64,000 nt of DNA from NCBI GenBank assembly GCA_051294375.1, contig CM119265.1, positions 10,864,338-10,928,337 on the forward strand, given 5' to 3'. The DNA is from Paraspadella gotoi. Taxonomy: Eukaryota > Animalia > Chaetognatha. The position numbers and the translations under genes are program-made. Shown piece by piece: positions 52,201-64,000 of this stretch (its first letter is position 1; each line of letters opens with the position of its first letter). The notes under the pieces were generated by a model. That model did no database searches and was not told the origin of the DNA. It was given only the letters and a program-made list of their open reading frames with translations.

Positions 52201-54953
52201 CTTTTTATTCAGAAAATATAATATTTATATTTATTACATTTCTGTTTACCATAAAAAATATTAATTAATTAATACTATTATTAAATAATTAAATATATAA
52301 TCAGTATATTTTTATATATTTTTATCAGTAATCACTTAAGAAGTATAAATATTTTAAATTTGTATCTTAAAAAAAATTAATATGACAGTCTGCTACCTAT
52401 AATTTAAAAAAACCCAATAAAACCCAAAAAAACCAAAAAAACCCAGTAGGCTGGGTTTTTTTTAAAAAAACCAGGTTTTTGCCAACACAGAGCTATATGC
52501 TTCAAGCATGCGAGTATTCTACCACAGCAAGTTAGCTTCTCTTATTCAAGTAAGTTAATTGGTATGTTTATTGGGAATACTACTAGAGTTAAGTTTACTG
52601 TTATTTTAGGACCATTTAGCTCTCTTACACAACAACCGGCTTCGCACTCACCTCTCTCTCCCTGAGGAGCTGCTGGATGAAGTAAGTGATGTCTCTCCCC
52701 GCGATCGGAATGTGTTTGATACAGGATCCAATGACGTAACCCTCGGCGACAGGAATCACGTGCGTCACACCGTCTCCGCTGTCAATCACCGTACCCGTCA
52801 ACGTCCGTTCACCGGCCTATTATTTTAAATACATGGTGACAATTTTATAAGCGTCGGTAAAAAAACGCTGTCATTTGCAAACCATTGGTTATTTCATTCA
52901 TTTTAAAAATTAGTTAAGTAGAAAATATTAAAGTCATTTATATGTTCAAATTTTATATTGATCAGTAAAGATATGCCCTGACAATGAGTGAAAAAAGTTG
53001 GCTTTTAAAATCGGGTTATATTTTCGAACACACAGCTTTTAAATTCAAGTTTTCTGAAGAAATTTGAAATAAAATAACATTAATATTATTATCTTTTGAA
53101 AGTCCTTTCAAATCTGAAGAGAATGACGTACTTATGAATACTGTAATATAAAATTAACCGGCCCAGCTTTTAATATAATTTAATTAAGATACATACTCAA
53201 AAACGAGACATCTTTTTAAAAATCAATAGCTGGAGGGTAAATTTTAGATTTTTATTGAATTTTATCTTAAATCTTTTTTTTCAGGCTCTTTCATGATACT
53301 TATATAAATAATAATATTTTATGTTATCATCGCAGAGGAATCAAGACTCCAGAATCGAATCGGATCAACGGATCGGATCAACGGATCGGATCGGAAATAA
53401 ATGGAACATTCTCATTGGTTGAAAGATAAATGGCACCGGCCAATGAACAAATGGTCGGGAAATTTTACCCTTACCTCCGATCCGTTTGGGCTGTATAAAA
53501 GGGAACCGAATTCTGTATTGATTCACTCTGCCTTGAAATTGACACCGTCTTGTTTATCGTTTATTTTCGAAGAAATAAAATCCACTTTGGTTTCGCTCAG
53601 AAATCCTTGTCTACTTACTAAATTGAGGTGGCAGAGGTGGGATTCGAACCCACGCCTCCGAAGAGACTAATTATTATTATAATTATTATTATTATTATTA
53701 TAATTATTATTATTATTTAAACAGGTCATATATTTTTAAAAAGATTTAAAATTTTAGATAATTCACTTTTGGCTCTCTTAATTGAACCAAAGCTGGGCAG
53801 CTTAATTTTTATGTTAGAGCTTTCATAAGTATGTCATTCTCTAAATTTTTTTAAGGGCTTTCTGAGGATAGTAATATTGTTAATATCTTAATAAATACTT
53901 TGTTTAAAAAAGTACTAAAAATGAATTTAAAAACAGAGTTGGAAAATGAAACCCGATTTTAAAAGTCAACTTTTTCTACTCATTGTCAAGGCATATCTTA
54001 ACTGAAAAATAGAAAATTTGAACATATAAAGGACTCTAATATTTTTTACTCAATTAATTTTTAAAATCAATGAAATAACCAGTGGTTTGCAAATGACAGC
54101 GTTTTTTTACCGGCGCTTGTAAAATTGTCACCATGTACGTAAAAGCGAATATTATTTGCTTAATAAATTTATAATTTTCAGTCCCCCCCCCACCCCACAA
54201 CCTGTCGGGATGTCCAGGAGGCGGCCAAGGCGAGAACAGCCTGTACGGCGATATAGAGACCGGGCACGTTAAAGGTTTCAAACATGATCTCGGCAGTGTA
54301 CTCTCGGTTCTCGGGTGTGTTGAGCGGAGGCTCCGTGAGCAGAAAATAGTGATCTTCTGGTTCGGCGCGGAGATACTTGAAGACGGTCTGTTCCCAGAAC
54401 CTCTCCATCAGGTCCCAGTCGTCGACTATGCCGTGTCGGATCGGCCACTGAAAAGACGCGCAGGAAGGAAGAGGAGTTAATATTCCAACAGATTTGTTAA
54501 TTACAATCGTGTAGGCGAGTTCGAAACGAGACTGACTTTGACAGTGTAGTTGGGAGTCTCCAACGCCTCGTCCCCGATGTAGAAATCCAAATCGGAGACG
54601 CCAGTCGCCACCTTTCGGGAATATTTTTTTTTATTGAGGGCAGGCAATTGGCAATGATCATAAGAATAATTCGACATTTCCTGCGTGCTATCCCGTAATT
54701 AATTAATTAATTATCACTTATGCTTTAGTGAACTAGAATCAAAATTTTGACTTTTCCTCAATCAGTAATCTTATCTCCCCCCTTTCTTAAGAACGCTCCA
54801 CCCCAATCCCCCAACCTTAGCGCCGATTCTAGCGCTCTCTTTGACTGCGATGCAGGAGGGAATGATGTGCTGCGGTTCTGTGTTGCCCGCGTATCCGATC
54901 TTGGTGTAGCCCGTCCCGTTATCGATTACTACGGCCGGAAGTCGACCCGCCAT
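49214..54953 (-). CDS. ACTR3: Actin-related protein 3 (Arp2/3 complex), 8 exons
   Basis: [33 protein letters not shown]; [44 protein letters not shown]; [16 protein letters not shown]; [20 protein letters not shown]; [12 protein letters not shown]. Confidence 0.98.
50207..52490. mobile_element. hAT-like MITE with a nested Helentron-type element
   Basis: TIR cagggttggca / tgccaacacag; near 8-bp TSD (t/a)gctatat; subterminal aaaaaccc repeats. Confidence 0.7.
50245..51491 (-). mobile_element. HINE-like family A copy; partial copies at ~9820, 20718-21878 and 59075-59668
   Basis: aacaagtttgagcaaacaatgtcggatctgcc ... gtcgggatctgctgataagcagatccgact. Confidence 0.7.
52832..54135. mobile_element. 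TA-flanked MITE with long (~300-bp) inverted arms; another left end starts at ~63978
   Basis: TA|catggtgacaattttataagcgtcggtaaaaaaacgctgtcatttgcaaacca... is mirrored at 54083-54135|TA. Confidence 0.8.
53627..53668 (-). pseudogene. 3' half of tRNA-Leu (variable arm, T arm, acceptor strand); a fragment, not a complete gene
   Basis: Minus strand reads AGTCTCTTCGGAGGCGTGGGTTCGAATCCCACCTCTGCCACC; the 5' half is absent and (TTA)n follows on the plus strand. Confidence 0.8.
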
Positions 54954-56975
54954 CTTGGAGCGTCTGCTTTTGAATTTTTCTTAAAAACCGTTCGGGGCCT
55001 TCAGATAGGTTTCGAAATTGGAGTATCCTACCCGTTTAATGTTTCGGACAATGTTTTCGTTTGTTGAAATACGCTAACAAAACGCCCCTTTATCTAACAA
55101 ATGTTTATCAAATTCACTAATTTAGAAAAGCAAAAATGTCATCTATATTTATATTTGTTTGAGCTTGAAGTGATAATGTCGATGAAGAAATTTATTTAGG
55201 GCTTGTCAGACAGTCATTCAAACCTGAATTTCAGAAAAAAAGAGACAGCATTGTATAGAAACGTCACCGGAAAATAAAAAGGAAAATATTTCCACATATA
55301 TCCCGCGAAAAAAATTTCATTTCATTTAATTTCAGATCAAACTAAATAAATGAACGACGGACATTAAAAATTAGCGAGACTAGAAAAAACGAGAGAACCA
55401 AGGGGACAAATTAGGAATAACGGTTAGTACCAGTGGTAACGCGATTTAAGCAAATAAAATGCTAACCCTTGTAGCGCTCTAACTGCTTTAAGTACTACAA
55501 CTAATTTTTAAAAAAAATTTCGTGAGTATATCAATCAAAACTTGTAATAAAAACAAAAAAAACCGGGAACGCTAACTTTTGATGTGGCTACCATAACAAC
55601 ATGCGACAAAAATACAATTTGAATCCGAAGAATAACAATGTGTGCTACTGTGAATTATACTATGGAAATTGACCACGCAAACCCTTTAGGGAGATATACA
55701 GGTTTTAAAAGTTAACTAACTATACACATTACACAAAAAATAAAATAACCCGTAAAAGCTATCAGTGACTAATTAAAAGTAATTATTAAATCCCGATTGC
55801 GTCAAAGCGCGAGAAAAATATAAGGCTGAGAAAGTTTGTTTTCCCAAAAAATAATAATAACCAAAAGAGAGAAAGAAACGCAATTTGTTTTGTCGAAAAG
55901 AAAATTGTACCAATGGTGGTTTCGGTTAATCGCGAAAAAAATCGCCCGTTTTCAGAAATGCGGGCATCAAATAAAAGATAAAGAAAGAAGTTCAGTAGCT
56001 CACACGTCAAATGTCGCACGAAGGCATATTGATTACAACGCCCCTCAAAAAAAAGTTTTTATCTTTTGAAAAGAAGAGAAAAACCGCGAGAAGGCAATGG
56101 AAAACGTAGCCATAAGGTTGAGGGTGGGGGCTAATGTTAGCGCGGAGGTTTTTCGACAGAATGAAAAACATTGATTTTTCAAAGGCGAGTGAGCGAGGGA
56201 ATTTGTCTGTTGTAAGAGATTTTGGCGTCGCCGGATCCGATATGAAACGGAGATTGACGGTCAATTTTATAAGGTGTCGAAAAAAATCTAGACATTATTA
56301 TGAGAAAAGTTTTTTCGTGCTCTCTCACAATATGCTTTCGTAAAAAGCACAAAAATAATGAGGGAATATTTCATAAATCATAAAAACTAAAAGTCTCTCT
56401 AGCCCGTATAAATATTAAATTGAATCAAATCATTGGTGAATTAAGACAAATTGCATGATACAAAATATTGTAGGCTGGGAATCTTTAGGAACTTATTATC
56501 CAAATTCATATTTCATAGATATTATTTAAGAGGCACAAATATATACGGGTCTGTTAGAAAACTATCACGGAACGAAAAAATAATCAGATCTACAGTATAA
56601 ATCGGGTGTAAATATTTTTTTTTTCCATCACGTCTTTTAAGCCACAATATTTGACAAGTTAAAAATATTTAACTCAAATCCAAAAATTTTTTTCTCATGG
56701 TGCCATCCTCACGCGAATTACGACGAAAAACGTGAGTATACAGAATATTAAAATAAAGCCTTCGATTAATTCCCAACGCCGATTTCCATAAGCGGGGGCG
56801 TCGATTAAAAGAAGGAAAAAAAAACGATTCAGGTTTGCTCTTCATCAATAAAAAAAAAACAAATAAAAAACAACCAAAATTAGCGCTGACGTTATTATTT
56901 ATCAAGAATTTAGAAGAAAAAGACTTCAAAATTAGGAAGGAACGGCGTTGTTGTTCATAGACCAAAAAATGAGAT

Positions 56976-59900
56976 TCATCTTGAAAAGTTGTAACAGTGT
57001 CTTCGGGGTTCTTCACATCCGGGGACGGCAGCTTCGAGATCGATTCTCGGATCGGGAACGCCGCACCCGAAAATGCGGACAATCTAAAAAAAAAAGTGAG
57101 TCGGTTAAGAAAAAAGGGTAAGTTAAAGTTACTGAGATCCTCACCCGTCGATGCATCCGAACGTCGACGGCGGCCTCGTGGACCGTCTCTCCGTCGCAGT
57201 TCCACACGGAATTCTTGACGGTGGACCGGAACTGAGCGCGACGCTTCGAGCAAGCGCCGCATCCCACCTCGGCGCAGGTGCCTACGACGGATCCGACGCC
57301 GCAGGAGGGCGCCGGCGTTTCTGCATTGTCGCTGGGAATGAGGTTGAGGTCGTCGCGAGTTCCGGCGTCATCACTGACGGGCGTCGGTGTAGGCGTCGTT
57401 GCAGGGGTGCTCTTTTTGAGAAAGAAATCAAATGGAGGGGATGATATTGAAATTAACTTGAAAACCCGATTCCAAACGGTTTTCTCTCGTCCTACTTCGC
57501 TTACCGTCCGTTTAGGACAAGCGCATGCGTCCAACAACCCGCCGGCGTCGATATTCTTGGGCCTAAACTTAAAGGCTTTAACGCGGAAGACTTTGACGAA
57601 GTGGAAGTCCAGTTGATTGACGTTGTGGCGCGCGCAGTTGATGAGGTGGCGAAGGTAAGTGAACCGCGAGCATTCCGACGCCAGCATCAAGTCCATACAT
57701 CCGTCTCCCAGATGACCGTATGGAGACAGGCCGTCCGGACAGAGGCCGCAACTGGGGAATTAAATGGGGAAGATTAAACTCGTATATATATATCAAGGGT
57801 AACAATCGCACATTTAAGTCATAAGAAACAAGGTTCCGCTTCGCCTAACCGGGCCGACATCATGATGCAGTTGACGCCGATGAATTTTCCTCGAACGCTG
57901 ACCCATTCGTTCGACGACCTCGAGGACGACCTCTTCGGTCCGAGCTGGAGCGTGTCCGGCCTCTTTGGCTCCAGCAGGTCGTCGTCTTTGCCGCCGCCTC
58001 GATTCGCGTTCGACGTCGTCGTCTTCGTCCCCAACGACGAGACGGACAACCGCGCCCCCGGGCGACGAAAGTCCGAATCAAAATTCAGCCGGATTCCGGT
58101 GACGCCGGCAATACCGGCGTCCTCGGGCGACAACAACGCCTCTCCGTCAGAAGGTGACGGAGTGAGGGCGATGGGGGCCTCGTCGTCGTGGTCTTCCTCG
58201 GCTACGCCGCCGCCACAGACTTCGCAGCCCGAGTAACAAACGACGCCGTCGCCCGGATGACTCTGGCTGTTGCCACTGGGCAGAAACGTGACTTCGCCCT
58301 CGTACGAGTCGAACGTTAACAATTTTTTGAATCCCGCCAAGTTGTATCGACCTGCGAGGAGGCGGGGATAGAGGATTAACTTTACTTTGTCTCTAACGAT
58401 ACGACGCTCAAGTTTTTTTTGACCAGAACACGTTCCAAGAAAACTACTGGACCAAATTTATTGAAATTTGGAATGAACGATCCCTATGTGAATACAAATA
58501 GAAATATCGAGGCGAATTTCAATAATTGACCCCTGAGCCGAGATATGGGCACTCTGGGGGGTCACCCATTGGGGCAAAAAATGGTCAAAAATTTTTGTTT
58601 TGAACAGTTGCACAGACGTTTACTCTTCCACAAAAATCTATTTATTACCTCAAAAATGTTAGATCACCTTAATTTTCATCTTCTAAACATCAGCTGTTCA
58701 ATTCAGATTTGGAATAATTTTGGAAAATTGGAAGTAAAACGATGAACCATGCATCTTCAAACAATGCTTAATTATTGAAAATTTATCAATTTTAGTTCTA
58801 AAATGTTTTTTTTACATGTTTTAGACTTCAATGCACCTGATGCTACTAAAAAATATAAGAAAAAAATTTTTAGCCTTTTTTGGCCCGACAGGGGTCCAGC
58901 CCCAGGACCCTGTATCTCTTGTCAATGGTTGAATATTAAAATTTGTCTCGATAATTCCATTTATATCGTCATTAGGACTGTATATGTAAAATTTCATAAA
59001 TTTCGATCAAGTACTTTGGTGGGAACAGATTCTGGTTACAAAAAAGGGGTCCCACGTTTTATAATATGAAGCCTTCTGTAATTAATAATTAATTTATTCA
59101 AGTTAATTAATTAATTAGGCAATTAATTAATTAATTTGATACGAAAGGTTTGTTTTTAGGTCTTTTCATCACTAACCACGACAAAAGCAATGACGACGAT
59201 GAGAATAATGCCAATAACGATTGACTTGATTGATTGATTGAATAATTAATTAATAGATAAATAAATTGATTGACTGAATAATTAATTAATAGATAAATAA
59301 ATTGAGCGATTGAATAATTAATTGATTGAAGAAGCATAATCAATTAGTGAAACAGGTTTTTTTTTTCCATTTAAACTCATTTCCACTCGGATGATTCCAT
59401 CGAAACTTCATATTCAGCTCAATCACACACTTTCCTACCCGGTATCCACACAAAAAAATTTCATTCCAATCCATAAATCCAATCACGAGTAATTAGTATT
59501 TTTTGCTAAGGTGGAACGGATGGACGGACAGACAGACAGACTTTATTTGCATAATTTATCATAATTCGATGTTCAGACATAATATAAGTGAATGCCCGAC
59601 AAGATTGAGGGGGCGGACCGACAAAGTGAATTATAGAGTCGGGATCTGCTGGTAAGCAGATCCGACTAAAAAAACTTTTGCGCGCACCTGGTCCCAAACA
59701 TCGGTATTTTTCGCTGTTGAGCAGGACGTCGCCATAGTAACCGTAGCCCATGAAGGTGAAGGAATAGCGGAGAAGTTGACGCCGATGGTGGACGGCGGCG
59801 ACATCGAGGGAGACCGTCTTGCCGAGCACGACTTGGATGGCGCACGTCTCGGGGTCGTTGTTGCCTGAGAAATTGAGGAACGAAAGAGGAAGGCCGATGG

Positions 59901-61478
59901 GGCATGGAGACAAAATAAAGCTCAATGTACCAACGTCAATATCGGAAACTCGATCGCAAAAGATTCGCCCGATAATGCATAGAAATTTATACCATATTAG
60001 TTGTGGTAATAACCTTTCTTTTTCGTTGTTATGAAAAATAAAATTCGTTGTGAACTAAAGCCATTTTGCCTCAATACCATTTTAGTTAAAATTGTACATT
60101 CAGTCATTCACTGTTTAGGATCTTCCCGGTCCACAACGTAACGCTAACTACCCATAACCTTAACTACCTCTTACCATAATGATAAAAGCGAATAAAAATA
60201 TAACCAACCGGTTCGGTTACGGTCAGTAAAAGTATGCCCATTTTTGCATCATTTTTAACATTTGTTATTATGTTAGGAAAAGAGAGCTTATTTATAATTA
60301 TAAAATTAATGGAAAGATTTATTATTTATAAAATGAATAGATTGTGGCGAATCCTAAATTCGCCTCCCGTATAGCTTGGTGAAACTCAGCTCGTCCCATT
60401 GGCTTGGACAGCTAAGTTCCCCTCACGGTCACGCTGGTTAAAGTGTGATGGTGTTGGCATAAACATGCCAGTGACATGGGGTGGTCACTGCAGGTCCAAA
60501 GCCCTGAGCCCCAGCTGTCGAGAGATGCCTCACACCCCAGGCATCACACATGTCCCTCCGTTGCCATAAGTGGTGAGCCCTACTATCGAACACGCAACGG
60601 CTGCGTACCGTCACTCACGTTGTCGCTTAAGGATATGCATCCTAGGCCTATGCCCTACTTCTCGCTCGCTCGCTCTCTATGGAAATCTACTCTGAAGACA
60701 GTCACTCTAGGCTTGGTCACCCCAGTGTACTGTCTTGGGGGGGGCATGTGTGGCGAATCCTAAATTCGCTTCCCGTATAGCTAGGTGTAACTCAGCTCGT
60801 CCCATTGGCTTGGACAGCAAAGTACTCGTTCATCAACCGTGAGTTCCGGGTTCAATCCCCTCGCGGTCACGCTGGTTAAAGTGTCATGGTGTCGGCATAA
60901 ACACGCCAGTGACATGGGGTGGTCACTGCAGGTGCAAAGCCCTGAGCGCAAGCTGTCGGGAGATGCCTCACACCACAGGCATCACACATGTTCCTCCGTT
61001 GCCATAAGATAATTTTTCTTTAACACGAAATTCCTTACCCAGAACGGAATAGGCCATGCAGTCTGTGGATCCACAGGGAATGATGCCGAGGGGAATGCGG
61101 AGGGCGCGGACGGCGGCGTCGGGGTCGTGGAGGTCGACCTTGGCGGCGAGGTTGACGCGACGGATGAGGGCATTGGCCATCTCGTTGAAGGTCCCGTCTC
61201 CGCCCACCGCCACCACGCCGTCGAAGGAATCGAGATCGAGTTTCTGAGGGAACAAAGATTGAAAGGATGAGGAACGGGTAAGGGAAGATCCGCGAAGATC
61301 CGGGTCAGGACTAACTCACCCCGACGACGTCGATGCCGTGGCCGGCGAATTGCGTCTCCACGACCGTGACGGCTATTCCAGCCAAATCGAAGATCGGTTC
61401 CACCTTGCGGTGAAATATTCTAGGGCCGCGTCCTTTGCCGCCGTAAGGGTTCAGCAGGACGAAAATGCGGCGTGGGCG
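56976..61478 (-). CDS. CERK: Ceramide kinase; 5' exons lie beyond this coordinate (gap or outside the window)
   Basis: RPRRIFVLLNPYGGKGRG; FDGVVAVGGDGTFNEM; IPLGIIPCGSTDCMAYS; MGYGYYGDVLLNSEKYRCLGP; RYNLAGFKK; C..CPDGLSPYGHLGDGCMDL; SVWNCDGE. Confidence 0.92.
60433..60515 (+). ncRNA. Type-P5 twister ribozyme candidate, intact core (TRIM 5' LTR)
   Basis: GCUGG..GUGU-GA-UGG-UGUUGGCA-UAA-ACAU-GC-CAGUGAC/GUCACUG-CAGG UCCAAAGC CCUG-A..CCAGC. P5, P2, P3, P4, T1 (UGG/CCA) and T2 (GC/GC) can all form. Confidence 0.8.
60871..60953 (+). ncRNA. Type-P5 twister ribozyme candidate, mutated copy (TRIM 3' LTR)
   Basis: Same fold as 60433-60515, but the conserved GA reads CA and the loop reads UGCAAAGC, which breaks T1. 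Confidence 0.6.
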
Positions 61479-61489
61479 CTTTTGGAAAA

Positions 61490-61950
61490 AACAAATCTTA
61501 AAAGTATAGTGATCTCGCCAGACGTTGATATCAAAGAAAATTAATGAAAAAATCCGAAAAAAAAAACTGAATGATTGATGCGATTATAAAAATTATTAAT
61601 GTAATAGTAATTGATGTAATAGAAATTGATTGATTCAATGATCACCAAATATTGATGCGATGATAACCAAGAGATTGATGCGATGATAACCAAATGATTG
61701 ATGCGATGATACCCAAATATTGATAATATGATAACCAAATATTGATGCGATGATAACCAAATGAATGACAATGAGTCATTCATCGTAAACAAACAAATGC
61801 GTGTATGAGTGAGAGAGAGAAAAAGAAGAGAGAAGCTGCACAGCCGCTGGACAACCGCTCCTGAGCGAACTCGTTTTTAAACGAATCAGAAGAAGCTGCG
61901 ATGAAAAAAAGAGCGAGAAAAAGAGATAGAAATAGAGAAACTGGACAGCC
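61490..61950. repeat. Dispersed repeat with a ~22-bp tandem unit (ggttatcatcgcatcaat); inverted relative to copies at ~1910-2380 and 15590-15750
   Basis: Shared tandem unit and shared end motif ctggcgagatc..tactttaagattt. Confidence 0.7.
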
Positions 61951-62078
61951 GCTGTAGCAGATTAATTTGTGGATTATCTCAAATAAGTTCCTCAATCTCA
62001 TTTTCATATTATTGTATTCTGGTATTTAAGGTTAAATATTAATATTTTACATTGATAAATGATCATATTTGTTTGTGG

Positions 62079-62267
62079 TATGGTGGACTAAAATCCACCA
62101 ACCGTTCATCAGCGGCCATTGGTGCCGCAGGCAAGTCATTCGCCTCCCAACCCAAAGGTCCGGGTTTCTAGCCCGGTGGTAGCCTAGCAGTTAAGAGGGA
62201 TGGGGCGCTTAACCCGCCTGTAACATGGTGTTACAGCCTGATCTGAAGCTCAGGGACTGCTTATATT
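62079..62267 (+). mobile_element. 3'-truncated copy of the family-2 LTR-like repeat (twister fold at 62186-62261)
   Basis: Near-identical to 5570-5756; T1 has drifted to UGG/CUG (wobble pairs). Confidence 0.7.
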
Positions 62268-62813
62268 AGATGAGAATCTCGAATAAAAAAAATTTAACAT
62301 TTTTCTAATAGAGATTTCCGTTAAAATCTGACTACCCAAATTGCAAACGAGATTTCCAGAAATTCGGGTAAAAAACAGTTGTAAAAACATATGATTCCGA
62401 TAGCGTTATATCTTAAGAGCTAGCCAAATTCGTCTTATGGCATTTGATAAAGGATTTAATATCAAACAAGCCAGGGGAAATGCACTAGTCATCTCCGGAG
62501 AATTTTCAAACCTTGTTCATACTATAAAAATGAATGGGAAATTTTGCTTTTCGAAAATTGTAAACGGGGTTAGGGTATGTTAACATTATAAATATTACTT
62601 CGAATTATGAGATTTAGAAAGCCTCTTGTCTCAAGAGCTTGCCAAATTTTTCTTTTCATTATCGACCAAACTCTTCATAGTAAACCAACGTGGTAAAGTC
62701 CATTGGTCTGGTTTGACAACATGAAATTTTTATTTAATAAGATTATTTAATAAAAGGAAGCCATAATCATTGAGCACATACAAGTTACAATATTAGAATT
62801 ATTTTTGCTGAAA
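62268..62813. repeat. Dispersed repeat, inverted copy of ~1095-1700
   Basis: For example, 1481-1545 is the reverse complement of 62436-62500. Confidence 0.75.
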
Positions 62814-63758
62814 NNNNNNNNNNNNNNNNNNNNNNNNNNNNNNNNNNNNNNNNNNNNNNNNNNNNNNNNNNNNNNNNNNNNNNNNNNNNNNNNNNNNNNN
62901 NNNNNNNNNNNNNNNNNNNNNNNNNNNNNNNNNNNNNNNNNNNNNNNNNNNNNNNNNNNNNNNNNNNNNNNNNNNNNNNNNNNNNNNNNNNNNNNNNNNN
63001 NNNNNNNNNNNNNNNNNNNNNNNNNNNNNNNNNNNNNNNNNNNNNNNNNNNNNNNNNNNNNNNNNNNNNNNNNNNNNNNNNNNNNNNNNNNNNNNNNNNN
63101 NNNNNNNNNNNNNNNNNNNNNNNNNNNNNNNNNNNNNNNNNNNNNNNNNNNNNNNNNNNNNNNNNNNNNNNNNNNNNNNNNNNNNNNNNNNNNNNNNNNN
63201 NNNNNNNNNNNNNNNNNNNNNNNNNNNNNNNNNNNNNNNNNNNNNNNNNNNNNNNNNNNNNNNNNNNNNNNNNNNNNNNNNNNNNNNNNNNNNNNNNNNN
63301 NNNNNNNNNNNNNNNNNNNNNNNNNNNNNNNNNNNNNNNNNNNNNNNNNNNNNNNNNNNNNNNNNNNNNNNNNNNNNNNNNNNNNNNNNNNNNNNNNNNN
63401 NNNNNNNNNNNNNNNNNNNNNNNNNNNNNNNNNNNNNNNNNNNNNNNNNNNNNNNNNNNNNNNNNNNNNNNNNNNNNNNNNNNNNNNNNNNNNNNNNNNN
63501 NNNNNNNNNNNNNNNNNNNNNNNNNNNNNNNNNNNNNNNNNNNNNNNNNNNNNNNNNNNNNNNNNNNNNNNNNNNNNNNNNNNNNNNNNNNNNNNNNNNN
63601 NNNNNNNNNNNNNNNNNNNNNNNNNNNNNNNNNNNNNNNNNNNNNNNNNNNNNNNNNNNNNNNNNNNNNNNNNNNNNNNNNNNNNNNNNNNNNNNNNNNN
63701 NNNNNNNNNNNNNNNNNNNNNNNNNNNNNNNNNNNNNNNNNNNNNNNNNNNNNNNNNT
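62814..63758. other. Assembly gap (N run)
   Basis: Ns in the sequence. Confidence 1.
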
Positions 63759-64000
63759 ATATAAAAATTGTTTTGTAAATAAAACAAACAAATGAATTTT
63801 TGTTATTGTTATTATTATTGTTGGTTGTAGTCTTATTATGTTTTTAACGTTGTGGTCCCTCTCTCATTTATAGTTAAAATTTTAAAAATTTAATTTTATA
63901 CATTTTATACCATTAAGCTCTTGTCTTGACTTTTAATATCTTTAACATTTCATTTCATTTTAAAAGTGTAGGAATATATGGTGACAATTTTACAAGGGCC

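Larger units (their letters stand above)
60343..61006 (+). mobile_element. Complete TRIM (miniature non-autonomous LTR retrotransposon) with tRNA-derived and twister-like sequence in its LTRs, inside a CERK intron
   Basis: Direct repeats 60343-60568 and 60749-61006 (TGTGG...CCATA); 4-bp TSD AGAT on both sides; PBS-like TGGTGAGCCC at 60571; G8 polypurine tract at 60737-60744; 180-bp non-coding interior. Confidence 0.9.

Noticed and set aside
60456-60529. Alternative type-P1 twister reading (GGCA...UGCC closing stem)
   Set aside because: The T1 pseudoknot cannot form in that register, whereas the P5 permutation satisfies all pairings and covaries with family 2.
62747-63791. ORFs of more than 300 aa made of X
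   Set aside because: Artefacts of the N gap.

Overview
Intron-rich eukaryotic (metazoan-type) genomic DNA with GC-rich exons, AT-rich introns and one assembly gap (62814-63758). Ten protein-coding genes all lie on the minus strand: CERK (5'-partial), ARP3, PIG-T, CMC2, NUDT2, NDUFAF8, MKRN2OS-like, PDCD6, TSEN15 and a large ARAP. Several are only about 100-320 bp apart, which looks operon-like. The introns are filled with nested mobile elements: MITEs, Helentron-type non-autonomous elements, 5'-truncated Penelope-like elements carrying minimal hammerhead ribozymes, and two non-autonomous DIRS-like elements with inverted termini, an internal complementary region and AATT junctions. The main finding is two sequence-divergent families of tiny LTR elements (one complete TRIM, two full solo LTRs and one truncated copy). 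Their LTRs share one architecture: a 5' hairpin, a tRNA-derived Pol III head, and a circularly permuted (type P5) twister-ribozyme fold with compensatory changes between families and a palindromic P1. This suggests a 'twister retrozyme'. All gene and RNA assignments come from reading the sequence by eye; no database search was run, and exon boundaries are approximate.
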